Below, in pieces: positions 27,592 to 37,300 of a stretch of DNA of 64,000 nt. The translations under genes were made by a program, and so were the position numbers. The stretch lies in NCBI GenBank assembly GCA_017962565.1, contig JAGCVC010000008.1:76850-140849 (forward strand), given 5' to 3'. The notes beneath the pieces were generated by a model, which was not told where the DNA came from, did no database searches, and saw nothing but the letters and a program-made list of their open reading frames with translations. The DNA comes from Alphaproteobacteria bacterium. Lineage in GTDB: Bacteria > Pseudomonadota > Alphaproteobacteria > CAAHEQ01 > UBA3637. Numbering within the stretch: position 1 is the stretch's first letter; each line of letters opens with the position of its first letter.

Positions 27592-28112
27592 TAAAACATC
27601 ATCTTTGAAATTACTAATGCAAGAACAATTCCGGCTAAATCGGCAACGATTCCGGCAGTTATGGCATGCCTGAATTTTGTCACCCCGACTGCGCCGAAAT
27701 AAACAGCCAAAACATAAAAAGTTGTTTCCGAACATCCCAACATAACGGCTGCAGTCTTTGTAATCGGAGCATCAGGCCCGTTTGCTGCGGCTATTTCAGC
27801 AAAAATTCCCCTTGCACCGCTACCCGACAAAGAACGTGTCAACGCTAAAGGCAATAACTCAACAGGCATTCCAATAAACTCCAAAACGGGTTTTAAGAGT
27901 GTGCCGAGCAAATCAATGGCTCCACTAGCTCTGAACATAGCAACAGCTACCATCATAGCAACTAAGTAAGGAATAATGCGGATTGATATATCAAACCCCT
28001 GCTTTGCTCCGGTTGGAAATTCTTCATAAACAGGCACCTTCTTATATGTTGCATAAATCAAAATAGAGACAATCAACAAAGGAATAAGAGCATAAGAAAT
28101 CTGTTCAAACAT
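27588..28112 (-). CDS. nucleoside-recognition-domain membrane protein, SpmB-like
   Basis: Polytopic membrane protein of about 175 aa paired with a SpmA-like gene; PLALTRSLSGSGA motif. Confidence 0.75.
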   Translation of the reverse strand: MFEQISYALIPLLIVSILIYATYKKVPVYEEFPTGAKQGFDISIRIIPYLVAMMVAVAMFRASGAIDLLGTLLKPVLEFIGMPVELLPLALTRSLSGSGARGIFAEIAAANGPDAPITKTAAVMLGCSETTFYVLAVYFGAVGVTKFRHAITAGIVADLAGIVLALVISKMMFY

Positions 28113-28716
28113 TTTTCTTTCCTCCTTTTTTACTTTCTGGTGAAATTTTAATCAGTAGTTTAACAAATAAGATACCGATAACCAATGCACCAAATGTAGT
28201 CAGAATTGTTGGTAAAATAATGTCTGTTGCATTTGTTGACCCAAGGGATGCCAAAATAGCAATTACGGAAACAGGCAATAACTGTACACCGGCAGTATTG
28301 ATAGTTAAAAAAGTACACATATCATCGGACGCCGTATCCTTCTTATTCGGATTAAGTCGTTGCAATCCTTCCATTGCTTTAATGCCCATGGGTGTAGCAG
28401 CATTTCCCAATCCCAAAGCATTGGCCGTTACGTTCATGGCTATATCAGCTTGGACAGGATCGTCTTTCGGTATTGAAGGAAATATAAGTCGTAAAATCGG
28501 AGAAAATACTTTTGCCAATAGATCAATTAATCCGGCTTTTTGTGCTATGTGCATCAAGCCAAGCCATAACGTCATAATACCAATCAATCCAATAGATATT
28601 TCTACCGCACTTGAAGAAGCACTTATTATTGCGTCAGAAACTTCTTTCATTTTTCCGTTGATGATACCCACAACAACCGAGAAAAAAATAAAGAAAAGCC
28701 AAATATAATTCATCAT
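28105..28716 (-). CDS. nucleoside-recognition-domain membrane protein, SpmA-like
   Basis: MNYIWLFF...INGKM N-terminus, ANALGLGNAATPMGIKAM motif; 8-nt overlap with the spmB-like gene. Confidence 0.75.
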   Translation of the reverse strand: MMNYIWLFFIFFSVVVGIINGKMKEVSDAIISASSSAVEISIGLIGIMTLWLGLMHIAQKAGLIDLLAKVFSPILRLIFPSIPKDDPVQADIAMNVTANALGLGNAATPMGIKAMEGLQRLNPNKKDTASDDMCTFLTINTAGVQLLPVSVIAILASLGSTNATDIILPTILTTFGALVIGILFVKLLIKISPESKKGGKKNV

Positions 28717-28720
28717 TTTT

Positions 28721-30289
28721 TTATTCCTGTATCAACTTGTAAATAATACTATCATACAATGCTTGGAATGAAGCATCAATAATATCTTGAGAAATTCCAA
28801 CTGTAGACCAACGTTTTCCGTTTACATCGCCCGCCTCTATCATAACACGTGTAACTGCACCTGTTCCACGTTCAGAGGCAAAAATACGAACTTTATAGTC
28901 ATATAATCTGAACGTTTTTAAAGAAGGATAAATAGGCAACAAGGCTTTAAACAAAGCATGTGCCAAAGCATCAACCGGGCCACATCCGTCCGCAGCTTCA
29001 ATGAAGTATTTATCTTGGATTGTCAAACGGACTGTTACATCTGATAAAGTTTGTAAAACACCCCTTGCATTATATCTGCGCTCATCAACAACTCGAAAAC
29101 CCTCTAACCTGAAAAAGACTGGCAAACCATATAAAAACTGTCTTGCCATCAATTCAAAAGAAGCTTCTGCTCCATCATAGGTAAAACCTTCTTTTTCCTT
29201 TTCTTTAACCAAATCTAACAATTGTTCTACTCTGGCATCAGAATTTTCGGTTTCAATACCGATTTGTTTTAATAACACCAAAATATTAGACTTTCCGGAT
29301 TGTTCAGAAACTGAAACATGGCGGACATTTCCGATTTCTTCTGGATCAATATGTTCGTAGGACTTTGGATTTTTGCTAATAGCAGAAACGTGTAAACCAC
29401 TTTTATGGGCAAAAGCAGAACTTCCGACATATGGTTGTCGTTTTTCCGGTGATACATTTAATATTTCATAAAGACAATGGGAAAGACGCGTTAGTTTTTT
29501 CAATCCGTCTTCCGGTATAGACGTTTTATATCCCATTTTTAAAATTAAATTCGGAATAACTGTCGTTAAATCAGCATTGCCGCAACGTTCTCCCAAACCA
29601 TTGATTGTTCCGTTTATTAATCTTATACCGGCTTTCACGGCAATTAAGGAATTTGCAACTGCGTTTCCTGTATCATTATGTGCGTGAAAGCCCAAATTTT
29701 CTGACGGAATAACAGATGTTGTTTCTTGAACAATGCGGTATATCTCATCAGGCATTGTTCCACCATTTGTATCGCATAAAGTAATCCAACGTGCACCGGC
29801 ATCAAATGCCGTTTTCACACATTCAAGTGCATAAGAAGGATTATTCTTAAATGCATCAAAAAAGTGTTCTGCCGTAAAAATAGCTTCTTTTCCGCTTTCT
29901 CTGATTTTCAGGACAGATTCACTGATTGATTTCAAGTTGTCTTCCAATGAAATATTCAAAGCTTCCAACACATGGAAATCCCATGTTTTACCAACGACAC
30001 TAATCACAGAAGCTTTTGCCTTTAGCAAATTTTCAAACAGAACATCTTTTTTTCCAAAACGTTTTGTCATACCAAACGCAACTATTTTAGAATGTTTCAA
30101 ATCCGGTGGATTTTCAAAAAAATCTGTATCTGTAACATTTGTCCCCGGCCAACCTGCTTCAATGAAGTCAATTTTAAAATCATCCAATAACTTGGCAATG
30201 GTTATTTTATCCTGTAAAGAAAAATTAACCCCATTTGTTTGAGATCCATCTCTCAACGTTGTATCGAATGTATAAATAAATTCAGCCAT
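28721..30289 (-). CDS. cimA: citramalate synthase (LeuA-related, TIGR00977-like)
   Basis: YTFDTTLRDGSQTNGVNFS...IEAGWPG, HAHNDTGNAVANS and a C-terminal LeuA-dimer-like regulatory domain. I prefer the ATG at 30289 to the GTG at 30301. Confidence 0.8.
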   Translation of the reverse strand: MAEFIYTFDTTLRDGSQTNGVNFSLQDKITIAKLLDDFKIDFIEAGWPGTNVTDTDFFENPPDLKHSKIVAFGMTKRFGKKDVLFENLLKAKASVISVVGKTWDFHVLEALNISLEDNLKSISESVLKIRESGKEAIFTAEHFFDAFKNNPSYALECVKTAFDAGARWITLCDTNGGTMPDEIYRIVQETTSVIPSENLGFHAHNDTGNAVANSLIAVKAGIRLINGTINGLGERCGNADLTTVIPNLILKMGYKTSIPEDGLKKLTRLSHCLYEILNVSPEKRQPYVGSSAFAHKSGLHVSAISKNPKSYEHIDPEEIGNVRHVSVSEQSGKSNILVLLKQIGIETENSDARVEQLLDLVKEKEKEGFTYDGAEASFELMARQFLYGLPVFFRLEGFRVVDERRYNARGVLQTLSDVTVRLTIQDKYFIEAADGCGPVDALAHALFKALLPIYPSLKTFRLYDYKVRIFASERGTGAVTRVMIEAGDVNGKRWSTVGISQDIIDASFQALYDSIIYKLIQE

Positions 30290-30310
30290 TTTTTCTACCA
30301 CTAAAAATAA

Positions 30311-32074
30311 TTATTTTCCGTTGAATTGAACCATATATAAAGCCTTATATGCACCATTCACTTTATTCAACAATTCCTCATGAGTACCCTGTTCAACAAC
30401 TTTTCCTTCGTTTAAAACAATAATTTTGTCTGCATTTTGAACCGTAGACAAACGATGTGCTATAATAAAGACAGTTTTATTTTGCATCAAATTATTAATA
30501 GCCTGTTGAACAACTGCCTCTGATTTATTGTCCAAAGCAGAAGTTGCCTCATCTAAAATGACAATCGGCGCATTTTTCAGAAAAGCCCGTGCAATTGCCA
30601 CGCGTTGTCTTTGGCCACCGGAAAGCAACGTACCACGTTCTCCGATCGGCGTATCCAATCCCAATTCCAACTCATCAACAAACTCTGACAAACAAGCCAT
30701 TTCAACGGCCTTTTCCACTTCTTCTTTTGTTGCGTCAGGTTTGCCCAACATAATGTTATCGCGAATAGTTCCTGAAAAAAGGAAATTATCTTGAAAAACA
30801 ACTGCTATTTGAGAACGCAAGCTTTCCAAATCGAATTGACGAATATCTTCGCCATCAAATAAAATCTGGCCTGCTGTAATATCATAGAAACGAGGAATTA
30901 AATTGATAATTGTTGATTTTCCACCACCGGAATTACCAACAAAAGCAATTGTCTGTCCTTTTTTTAAAGTCAGATTTATGTTTTGTAAAACCGGAGTACC
31001 CTCTACATATTCAAAATCAACATTTTTAAATTCAATCGATTTTTTAAGAGGCGGCATTGGAACGGCATCTTTACTGTTTTTTATCTTAACTTTTTCTTCC
31101 AAAATCTCAAATACTCGTTCGATTGCCATAAAAGAAAGCTGAACAGAATTAAAGTTCTTACCGATGTTTTTTACCGGCGTATAAAGCATTAACATAGCCG
31201 TCATAAAAGCAACAAAATCACCGGCCGTAATGCGTCCGCTGGTAATCAAATAACTACCGGTCCAAATTACACCGGCAATACCAAAAGAAACAATTACGTG
31301 CATCATTGGTGAAAGCCAAGCCGTTCTTTGTGTTTGTTTAATTGTCAATTTAAAAAGTTTTTTCTGAATTGCTTCAAACAATCCCATTTCATACTTTTGC
31401 AAATTATAGGAAGTAATTGTCTTTGCTCCGGCATATGTTTCATTAAATGCGGTTAAAACTTCTCCACTTGTTTCGGTTGTCTTCTTTACAACATCCTTTA
31501 TCATTCTGCGAATATGTGTCAACGGATAAAAAGACAAAGACATAACTGTAATAGCAATAATTGCCAATTGCCAGGAAGTATATAACAAAACTCCGACCAA
31601 TGAAATAGTCGAAAATATGCGGGAAACAAAGACTTTTAAATTGTTTAACAATCCCGAACATGCTAAATTGGGATCAGTGTCAAAACGATAAACAATATTA
31701 CCGGAAGAAGTCTTATCAAAAAATGCACTTTCAAAATAAACTAATTTTTTATAAAGCTTCTTCTTTAAATCTATTGTTATTTTAGAGCCAACCCACGTAT
31801 TTAGATAACTGGAAGCGTAGTCCAAAAAGCTTTGGAATAAAGTAAAAAGAATAATGAAAATAGGTATAACCCACAAAGGAACGGGATATCCGCTTTCCTT
31901 ACCCTCCCCCATTATAACAATATTCATAAAAGGCTTTAGCGTTAAAGCAATCACAGCATCTAAACAACCAATAGGAATTGTAATCAATGCCGCAAGCAAA
32001 GCCCTGCCCCAATATGGTTTAACAAAGGGCCACATACGTTTATAGTTAATGTAAAAAGGGCTCTGCTTCAACAT
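30311..32074 (-). CDS. ABC exporter, fused permease/ATPase (MsbA-like)
   Basis: Six TM segments, Walker A GNSGGGKST, LSGGQRQR, ILDEATSALD, IIAHRLST. Confidence 0.9.
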   Translation of the reverse strand: MLKQSPFYINYKRMWPFVKPYWGRALLAALITIPIGCLDAVIALTLKPFMNIVIMGEGKESGYPVPLWVIPIFIILFTLFQSFLDYASSYLNTWVGSKITIDLKKKLYKKLVYFESAFFDKTSSGNIVYRFDTDPNLACSGLLNNLKVFVSRIFSTISLVGVLLYTSWQLAIIAITVMSLSFYPLTHIRRMIKDVVKKTTETSGEVLTAFNETYAGAKTITSYNLQKYEMGLFEAIQKKLFKLTIKQTQRTAWLSPMMHVIVSFGIAGVIWTGSYLITSGRITAGDFVAFMTAMLMLYTPVKNIGKNFNSVQLSFMAIERVFEILEEKVKIKNSKDAVPMPPLKKSIEFKNVDFEYVEGTPVLQNINLTLKKGQTIAFVGNSGGGKSTIINLIPRFYDITAGQILFDGEDIRQFDLESLRSQIAVVFQDNFLFSGTIRDNIMLGKPDATKEEVEKAVEMACLSEFVDELELGLDTPIGERGTLLSGGQRQRVAIARAFLKNAPIVILDEATSALDNKSEAVVQQAINNLMQNKTVFIIAHRLSTVQNADKIIVLNEGKVVEQGTHEELLNKVNGAYKALYMVQFNGK

Positions 32075-32075
32075 A

Positions 32076-33743
32076 TTAAACTATACTTAGCCTCTTTGTA
32101 ACACGTTCAGAACCAAGTACTTGCATAATTGCATACAAATCCGGAGTTTGTGTTTTTCCAGTCAAGAATACACGTAAAACGGTTGCCACATCTGAAACAT
32201 TTCCCTTAAATGCTTCCGGATTAGCTTTGTATGCTTTCATATCACATGTAAAGCCGATATTTGTTGCAACCTGTTTGATTTTTTCAAACCAAGTATTTTT
32301 GTCATCAGACGGATTATAAAGTTCATTAAATCCTTTAACTATTAATTGTATCTCATTGACAGATAAAGGTTTTAATATCGAATACGCTTCTCCGGTTGTT
32401 AATGTGAAATGGTTATCAAAAAAGAAAGAACTTTCTTTTTTGACATCAGACCAAATCGTAATATCTTTACGAACTTTTTTGACACCGCTACGTTCTATAT
32501 CCAAGATTTTTTTCATATAATCAGCATTTTCTTTCATAACGGTTGCAAAAGGAACATCATATTTTTCACACCAATCAAGCGCATAATTATAAACTTGCTC
32601 TGCACTCATACGGCCAATAACGTCACGAGAAATGCTGTCCAGTTTAACAAAGTCGAACAATGCGCCGGAAGAGCCGATCTTCTTGATGTTGAAAGGAAAT
32701 TCTTTGTATGATTTGTCCGGATTTTGTCTGCGCCAATCTTCAAAACTGGAATTCCCCAAATTAAGCAAATATTCAATCAAAGCGTCTTTAGGATAACCTT
32801 TTTCATCAAAATAGGTTACATTTGCTTCCGGATCCAAACGCTTGGAAAGTTTACGGCGATTGCCATTTTCATCTAACTTTTGAACATGAGAGATGTGTGC
32901 ATACTTTGGTGCCTTCCAACCTGCGACGGCAAATAATTGTGTATGTAAAGGTAAGGAAGAAAGCCATTCTTCACCACGAATAACATGTGTTGTTCCCATT
33001 AAATGATCATCAATCAAATGAGCAAAATGATAAGTTGGTAATCCGTCACCTTTCATAATAGGAATATCTAGATCACTTTCAGGAAACTCTCTTTTACCGC
33101 GAATTAGGTCTTCAATTAAAATCTTTTTGCTGTAATGTCCCGGTGATTTAAAGCGAACAATAAAGTGTTTGCCGGCTTTTAAATTTGCCAATACTTCATC
33201 TTCTGTCAGTTTACGGCATTTTGCAAAAGGTCCATAATAACCCGGACGGATATTTGCTTTTGTTTGCATTTCATGTGTTTTTTCGTTATCTTCTTCTGAA
33301 CAAAAACACAAATAGGCCTTATCTTCTTCCAGCCATTTCTTTACGTATGCTTGATAAATTTCCCTTCTGGCACTTTGGACATAAGGGCCATATATACCCT
33401 TCTCCGCTTCATTTAAAACAGGACCTTCATCATTAGGAATATCATAATCTTTCATAGCATGTAATAACAAATCTTTTGCGCCTTCAACTTGACGTTTTTG
33501 ATCCGTATCTTCCACACGCAAAATAAATACGCCTCCGGATTGATGAGCCACTCTTTCCGGTAATAATGCAGCCATTAAAGTTCCTAAATGCAACAAACCT
33601 GTCGGACTTGGAGCCGTTCTAGTTACGATAGCACCATCAGGTAATTGACGTGGCGGATATTTTGCTTCAATTTCTTCCGTTGAAGGTAATGGATTAGGAA
33701 ATACTAAATCAATAATCTCTTTTCTCATTTTTATCTCTTTCAA
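32076..33743 (-). CDS. gltX: glutamate--tRNA ligase, long form (555 aa)
   Basis: TRTAPSPTGLLHLGT (HIGH-type) and KLSKR (KMSKS-type) motifs. An N-terminal leader KYPPRQLPDGAIV precedes the catalytic core, and the C-terminal region is extended. Confidence 0.9.
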   Translation of the reverse strand: MKEIKMRKEIIDLVFPNPLPSTEEIEAKYPPRQLPDGAIVTRTAPSPTGLLHLGTLMAALLPERVAHQSGGVFILRVEDTDQKRQVEGAKDLLLHAMKDYDIPNDEGPVLNEAEKGIYGPYVQSARREIYQAYVKKWLEEDKAYLCFCSEEDNEKTHEMQTKANIRPGYYGPFAKCRKLTEDEVLANLKAGKHFIVRFKSPGHYSKKILIEDLIRGKREFPESDLDIPIMKGDGLPTYHFAHLIDDHLMGTTHVIRGEEWLSSLPLHTQLFAVAGWKAPKYAHISHVQKLDENGNRRKLSKRLDPEANVTYFDEKGYPKDALIEYLLNLGNSSFEDWRRQNPDKSYKEFPFNIKKIGSSGALFDFVKLDSISRDVIGRMSAEQVYNYALDWCEKYDVPFATVMKENADYMKKILDIERSGVKKVRKDITIWSDVKKESSFFFDNHFTLTTGEAYSILKPLSVNEIQLIVKGFNELYNPSDDKNTWFEKIKQVATNIGFTCDMKAYKANPEAFKGNVSDVATVLRVFLTGKTQTPDLYAIMQVLGSERVTKRLSIV

Positions 33744-33769
33744 AATTAAAAATATACAAACTTTTGAGT

Positions 33770-33798
33770 ATCATAAAAGAATTAGAATAAAAAATCAA
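33770..33798 (-). promoter_or_regulatory. sigma70-type promoter TTGATT-17-TATGAT for gltX and downstream genes
   Basis: On the minus strand, TTGATT (33793..33798), 17-nt spacer, TATGAT (33770..33775). Confidence 0.5.
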
Positions 33799-33808
33799 GA
33801 TTTCTTAT

Positions 33809-35965
33809 CTATTTATTTGCAAATTCTGCTTCAATTTGCTGCTTTAACGTAATAAAGTCACGTTTACCACTGCCTAAAATCGGCAATTCTTCACGGTAAA
33901 CAATTTTACGTGGAATATAAAGTTCTGTAAATCCCTGCTGTTTAATAAATGGAATTAACGTTTCCAACGTAATTTCTTTTGATGTACTAACCAAAATAAT
34001 CTGCTCACCCTTTGTATCATGGGGAATTGCAACAGCATTACATTCAAAATCTTTGTTCGGATATGCTCTTTTCACCAGATTTTCCAAAGACGGCAAAGAC
34101 ACCATTTCTCCACCGATCTTAGCAAAGCGTTTCAATCTGCCTTTCATATAGGCAAAACCCATATCATCAAAAGTCATAACGTCTCCGGTATCGTACCAAC
34201 CTGCCGGTGGAGGAACAATTACTCCCGGATTGGAAGCGGACATGGCACCCAACATAATGTTAGGTCCTTTAACGGTCAACGATCCCCCTTCATTGACACC
34301 CTCTATTTTCTTTAACTTATACTCAATACCTGGAACAATCTTGCCTATTGAGTTAAAATTACAGAAAATACGATTGTTAATAGTCAACAAAGGAGAACAT
34401 TCTGTTGATCCATATCCTTCAAACAGGCGAATTCCAAAGCGTTCCATCCATAGATAACGTGTTTCCGGTTGTACAGGTTCTGCGCCCCCCACAACAAAGC
34501 GTAATGTGTTAAAATCGAAAGGATGCGCTACACGAGCATAAGCACGCAAGAAACTATCCGTTCCCAACAATATTGTGGCCCCCGTATCATAAATCATTTC
34601 AGGAATGTTGCGGTAGTGTAACGGAGACGGATAAATAAATATTCGTCCGCCGCATAATAATGGCGCAAACACCCCCAAAACCAAACCAAACGAATGGAAC
34701 ATTGGCAAACACGCAAACAACAAATCTGTTCTGTTAATGTCAACAGCCGATGCAAATTGATGAACGTTTGCAACAATGTTTTGGTGTGACAATACAATCG
34801 CTTTCGGATGTCCTTCCGATCCGGATGTAAACAATATCAAAGCACGCTTGTTTCCGCTGAAAGGATATGGAACATATTTACGTTTATATAAAAACCAAGC
34901 ATGAATGACATCTCTGATACGAATTTTAATGTCTTCCAAATAAATAACGGAAATCCCCTGCACTTTGATAGACTCTACAACTGCTTCAAGATGAGTTTGT
35001 TCAACAAATTTCCTAGATGTCAAAACAATGCGTGTTTTTGTTGTATGTAAAGTCGATAACACATTTGCTACACCGGATGTATAGTTAATCATAGCCGGAA
35101 CACGTTCATAAGCCAATAACCCAATCAAAATATATAAATTTTGAATATTGTTACCTAAAAGAACACCTACCGTTTCTTGATGTTCTACAAGTTTGTTTAG
35201 ATATCTTGCATATTCATACCCTTTCATAATCAAGTCTTTGTATGAATACGTTACTCTTTCGATATCTTCTGCAACTTGCGGCCTTGACCAAAACCCTTCA
35301 TGAGCATTGTTTTTTGCTGCTCTCATCAGTTCTGCAAAAAAAGAAGCTGTCGGTCTGAAAGTTGCCTTAAAGGCGACGTTTTGCATCAAATTATAAATTT
35401 CATGGCTGATGTAATTACGATCTTTTCGCCCCTGCTCCGAGATTTTAAAAGGGATTGGCTTTTGAATAGTAATTGTTGTTCTAGGAAAAGGACGTCTGAC
35501 TTTTTTATTTTCCAAACGCGAACAATAACCGTATTGAGCCCCTTCAATCCATACGGGAACAAAAGGAACGTTGGCTCTGTCAGCAATAACGCCGGATGCT
35601 TCATAAATTTTCATTAAATTACCGGTTTCCGTGATTTTACCTTCAGGAAAGATAACACAAGATTGCCCCTTCTCAAGTCTGGAAACCAACTCTTTTGCTA
35701 CTGTTGTATCAAATGGGTTGAATATAACCGTATCAGCGTAACGCATTAAATATTTTATCTTACGTTCTTTTGCTTCCCTTTTACTGATAGCAAAACATGG
35801 ACGTCCCGGCAAGAAAGCATACAAAAATAACACATCTAAAGTCGATACGTGATTGGCAATATACAAAACCGTTTTAGGATAACGCCGCGGGTTCTTCAGC
35901 CAAACAACATCAATTTTAAACGTCTTAAAAAGAATTCGTAAGAAAGAACGTATGAATTTTTCCAT
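33809..35965 (-). CDS. aas: bifunctional 2-acylglycerophosphoethanolamine acyltransferase / acyl-ACP synthetase
   Basis: N-terminal PlsC-type NHVSTLD (HxxxxD) plus FPEG. C-terminal adenylate-forming domain has LFTSGSEGHPKA, EGYGSTE, YDTGD and GRLKRFAKIGGEMVS. Confidence 0.85.
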   Translation of the reverse strand: MEKFIRSFLRILFKTFKIDVVWLKNPRRYPKTVLYIANHVSTLDVLFLYAFLPGRPCFAISKREAKERKIKYLMRYADTVIFNPFDTTVAKELVSRLEKGQSCVIFPEGKITETGNLMKIYEASGVIADRANVPFVPVWIEGAQYGYCSRLENKKVRRPFPRTTITIQKPIPFKISEQGRKDRNYISHEIYNLMQNVAFKATFRPTASFFAELMRAAKNNAHEGFWSRPQVAEDIERVTYSYKDLIMKGYEYARYLNKLVEHQETVGVLLGNNIQNLYILIGLLAYERVPAMINYTSGVANVLSTLHTTKTRIVLTSRKFVEQTHLEAVVESIKVQGISVIYLEDIKIRIRDVIHAWFLYKRKYVPYPFSGNKRALILFTSGSEGHPKAIVLSHQNIVANVHQFASAVDINRTDLLFACLPMFHSFGLVLGVFAPLLCGGRIFIYPSPLHYRNIPEMIYDTGATILLGTDSFLRAYARVAHPFDFNTLRFVVGGAEPVQPETRYLWMERFGIRLFEGYGSTECSPLLTINNRIFCNFNSIGKIVPGIEYKLKKIEGVNEGGSLTVKGPNIMLGAMSASNPGVIVPPPAGWYDTGDVMTFDDMGFAYMKGRLKRFAKIGGEMVSLPSLENLVKRAYPNKDFECNAVAIPHDTKGEQIILVSTSKEITLETLIPFIKQQGFTELYIPRKIVYREELPILGSGKRDFITLKQQIEAEFANK

Positions 35966-35969
35966 TTTA

Positions 35970-36812
35970 CTAAGTCTTAAACTTTAATTCAAAGCCTTCC
36001 TCTTCTAAAACACGTAAGAAATCAGCCAAGAACATTTTTTCTTTGCTGTCAATACGCCCATCTGCGACAATCAAAGCCATCATCTTTTCCAGGAACATCT
36101 TAACAATCCACCCATCGTTACCCAAAATACGTTCCAAAGAAAAATAAAAACTTTGTGTATCCGGATAGTTAAGTTTAAAATAATCGAGTAATCCTTCATC
36201 TTCAAATGTCAAGTCCGGACAGCGTTTATGAACATACTCAACAATTTTTGCCAGTTCCCGATCATCTCTGTGACCATCAACACCAGCCATAAAAAGTAAT
36301 GCTGTAATTTCATGCCGCGTTTTGTCGATAGCTGTTTTCAACTCTCCGTTTTTGAAAGAAGACTTCATAACCGGCGTTGAGTGATCCTTCTCTTCATCTA
36401 TTTTTAAACCGAGAATATCTTTAAAAAATTCCTTATAAGAGTATGTCTTTTTCGTTCTTTTATCTATTACTTGTTCAATATTATCCATTTTAATCAAACG
36501 CGGAGCTTTGATATCCAGACATAACGCATCAACCAAAAAACCTTTACCGTTTTTAAAAACCCTACGAATTACAACGTCTCTTTGTTTCTGCTCACCGGAT
36601 AAAGAAATATACTTCATAATAACATTTACTGAAATCCCGCCCGCAAGCAAATTTTTGGATTGAACCTTTTTTTGATTTTTCTCAAAAATAGCTTGTTTTT
36701 CGGGTGTTTCTGCCTTTCCTTGTAACTGAGCATTCCATTCACGGCGAAAATCGTCTACATCTGTATTAGTAAAGCGTGTAACCGCATCAATCAAAGTTTC
36801 GTTAACAGCCAT
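35970..36812 (-). CDS. TerB-domain protein with a possible central WYL/SH3-like segment
   Basis: Two TerB-type repeats (AGVDGHRDDRELAKIVEYV; IVADGRIDSKEKMFLADFL). The central VVIRRVFKNGKGFLVDALCLDIKAPRLIKMDNIEQV looks WYL-like by eye. I prefer the ATG at 36812 because it overlaps the upstream stop (TGATG). Confidence 0.6.
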   Translation of the reverse strand: MAVNETLIDAVTRFTNTDVDDFRREWNAQLQGKAETPEKQAIFEKNQKKVQSKNLLAGGISVNVIMKYISLSGEQKQRDVVIRRVFKNGKGFLVDALCLDIKAPRLIKMDNIEQVIDKRTKKTYSYKEFFKDILGLKIDEEKDHSTPVMKSSFKNGELKTAIDKTRHEITALLFMAGVDGHRDDRELAKIVEYVHKRCPDLTFEDEGLLDYFKLNYPDTQSFYFSLERILGNDGWIVKMFLEKMMALIVADGRIDSKEKMFLADFLRVLEEEGFELKFKT

Positions 36813-37300
36813 CAGTGTTTCTCCTGTTTTTTCAAAATAATACGAATCCACTCTTCGTAGTCTTGTAAAATAGACTGATATTTAGAATCCGGTATATTAC
36901 TTTTTTTAGAATACATACTTTTATGCAAAAGGTCTACATATTCTTTTGAAAAAATTTCTTTTTTTGCTGATTTATTCATAAAACAGACCCATTCATCCTC
37001 GTACAAAGGAGCAACTTTTTCCCGCCCAAATCGGCTGATTGCAAGCTGTTTGGCCAGTTGATTTATCTCTTTTAACATTTCATTAGTATTGCTAATTTTT
37101 CTTATTTCTGTCATTTTTTTACTGACTTGCCTGCGCAAAGAATGCATCCATGCATAGGTGATAAAGTAAATACCTAAAATAAAAAGAAAACATAAAATAA
37201 TAACGAGCCACCAACCGATTGCTAAAGGAAATACATCCGGGGTTGTTGGAACATGCAATCCCTTCAATCCGGAAAGATCAACAGCTATATTTGTTGGCAT
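36812..37300 (-). CDS. DUF4381-like single-pass membrane protein
   Basis: LKGLHVPTTPDVFPLAIGWWLVIILCFLFIL N-terminus is typical of DUF4381 proteins found after MoxR-DUF58. Confidence 0.65.
   Translation of the reverse strand: MPTNIAVDLSGLKGLHVPTTPDVFPLAIGWWLVIILCFLFILGIYFITYAWMHSLRRQVSKKMTEIRKISNTNEMLKEINQLAKQLAISRFGREKVAPLYEDEWVCFMNKSAKKEIFSKEYVDLLHKSMYSKKSNIPDSKYQSILQDYEEWIRIILKKQEKH

Noticed and set aside
28220-28708. 162-aa plus-strand ORF
   Set aside because: It lies entirely antisense to the SpmA-like membrane protein, which has clear family motifs. This is a typical shadow ORF.
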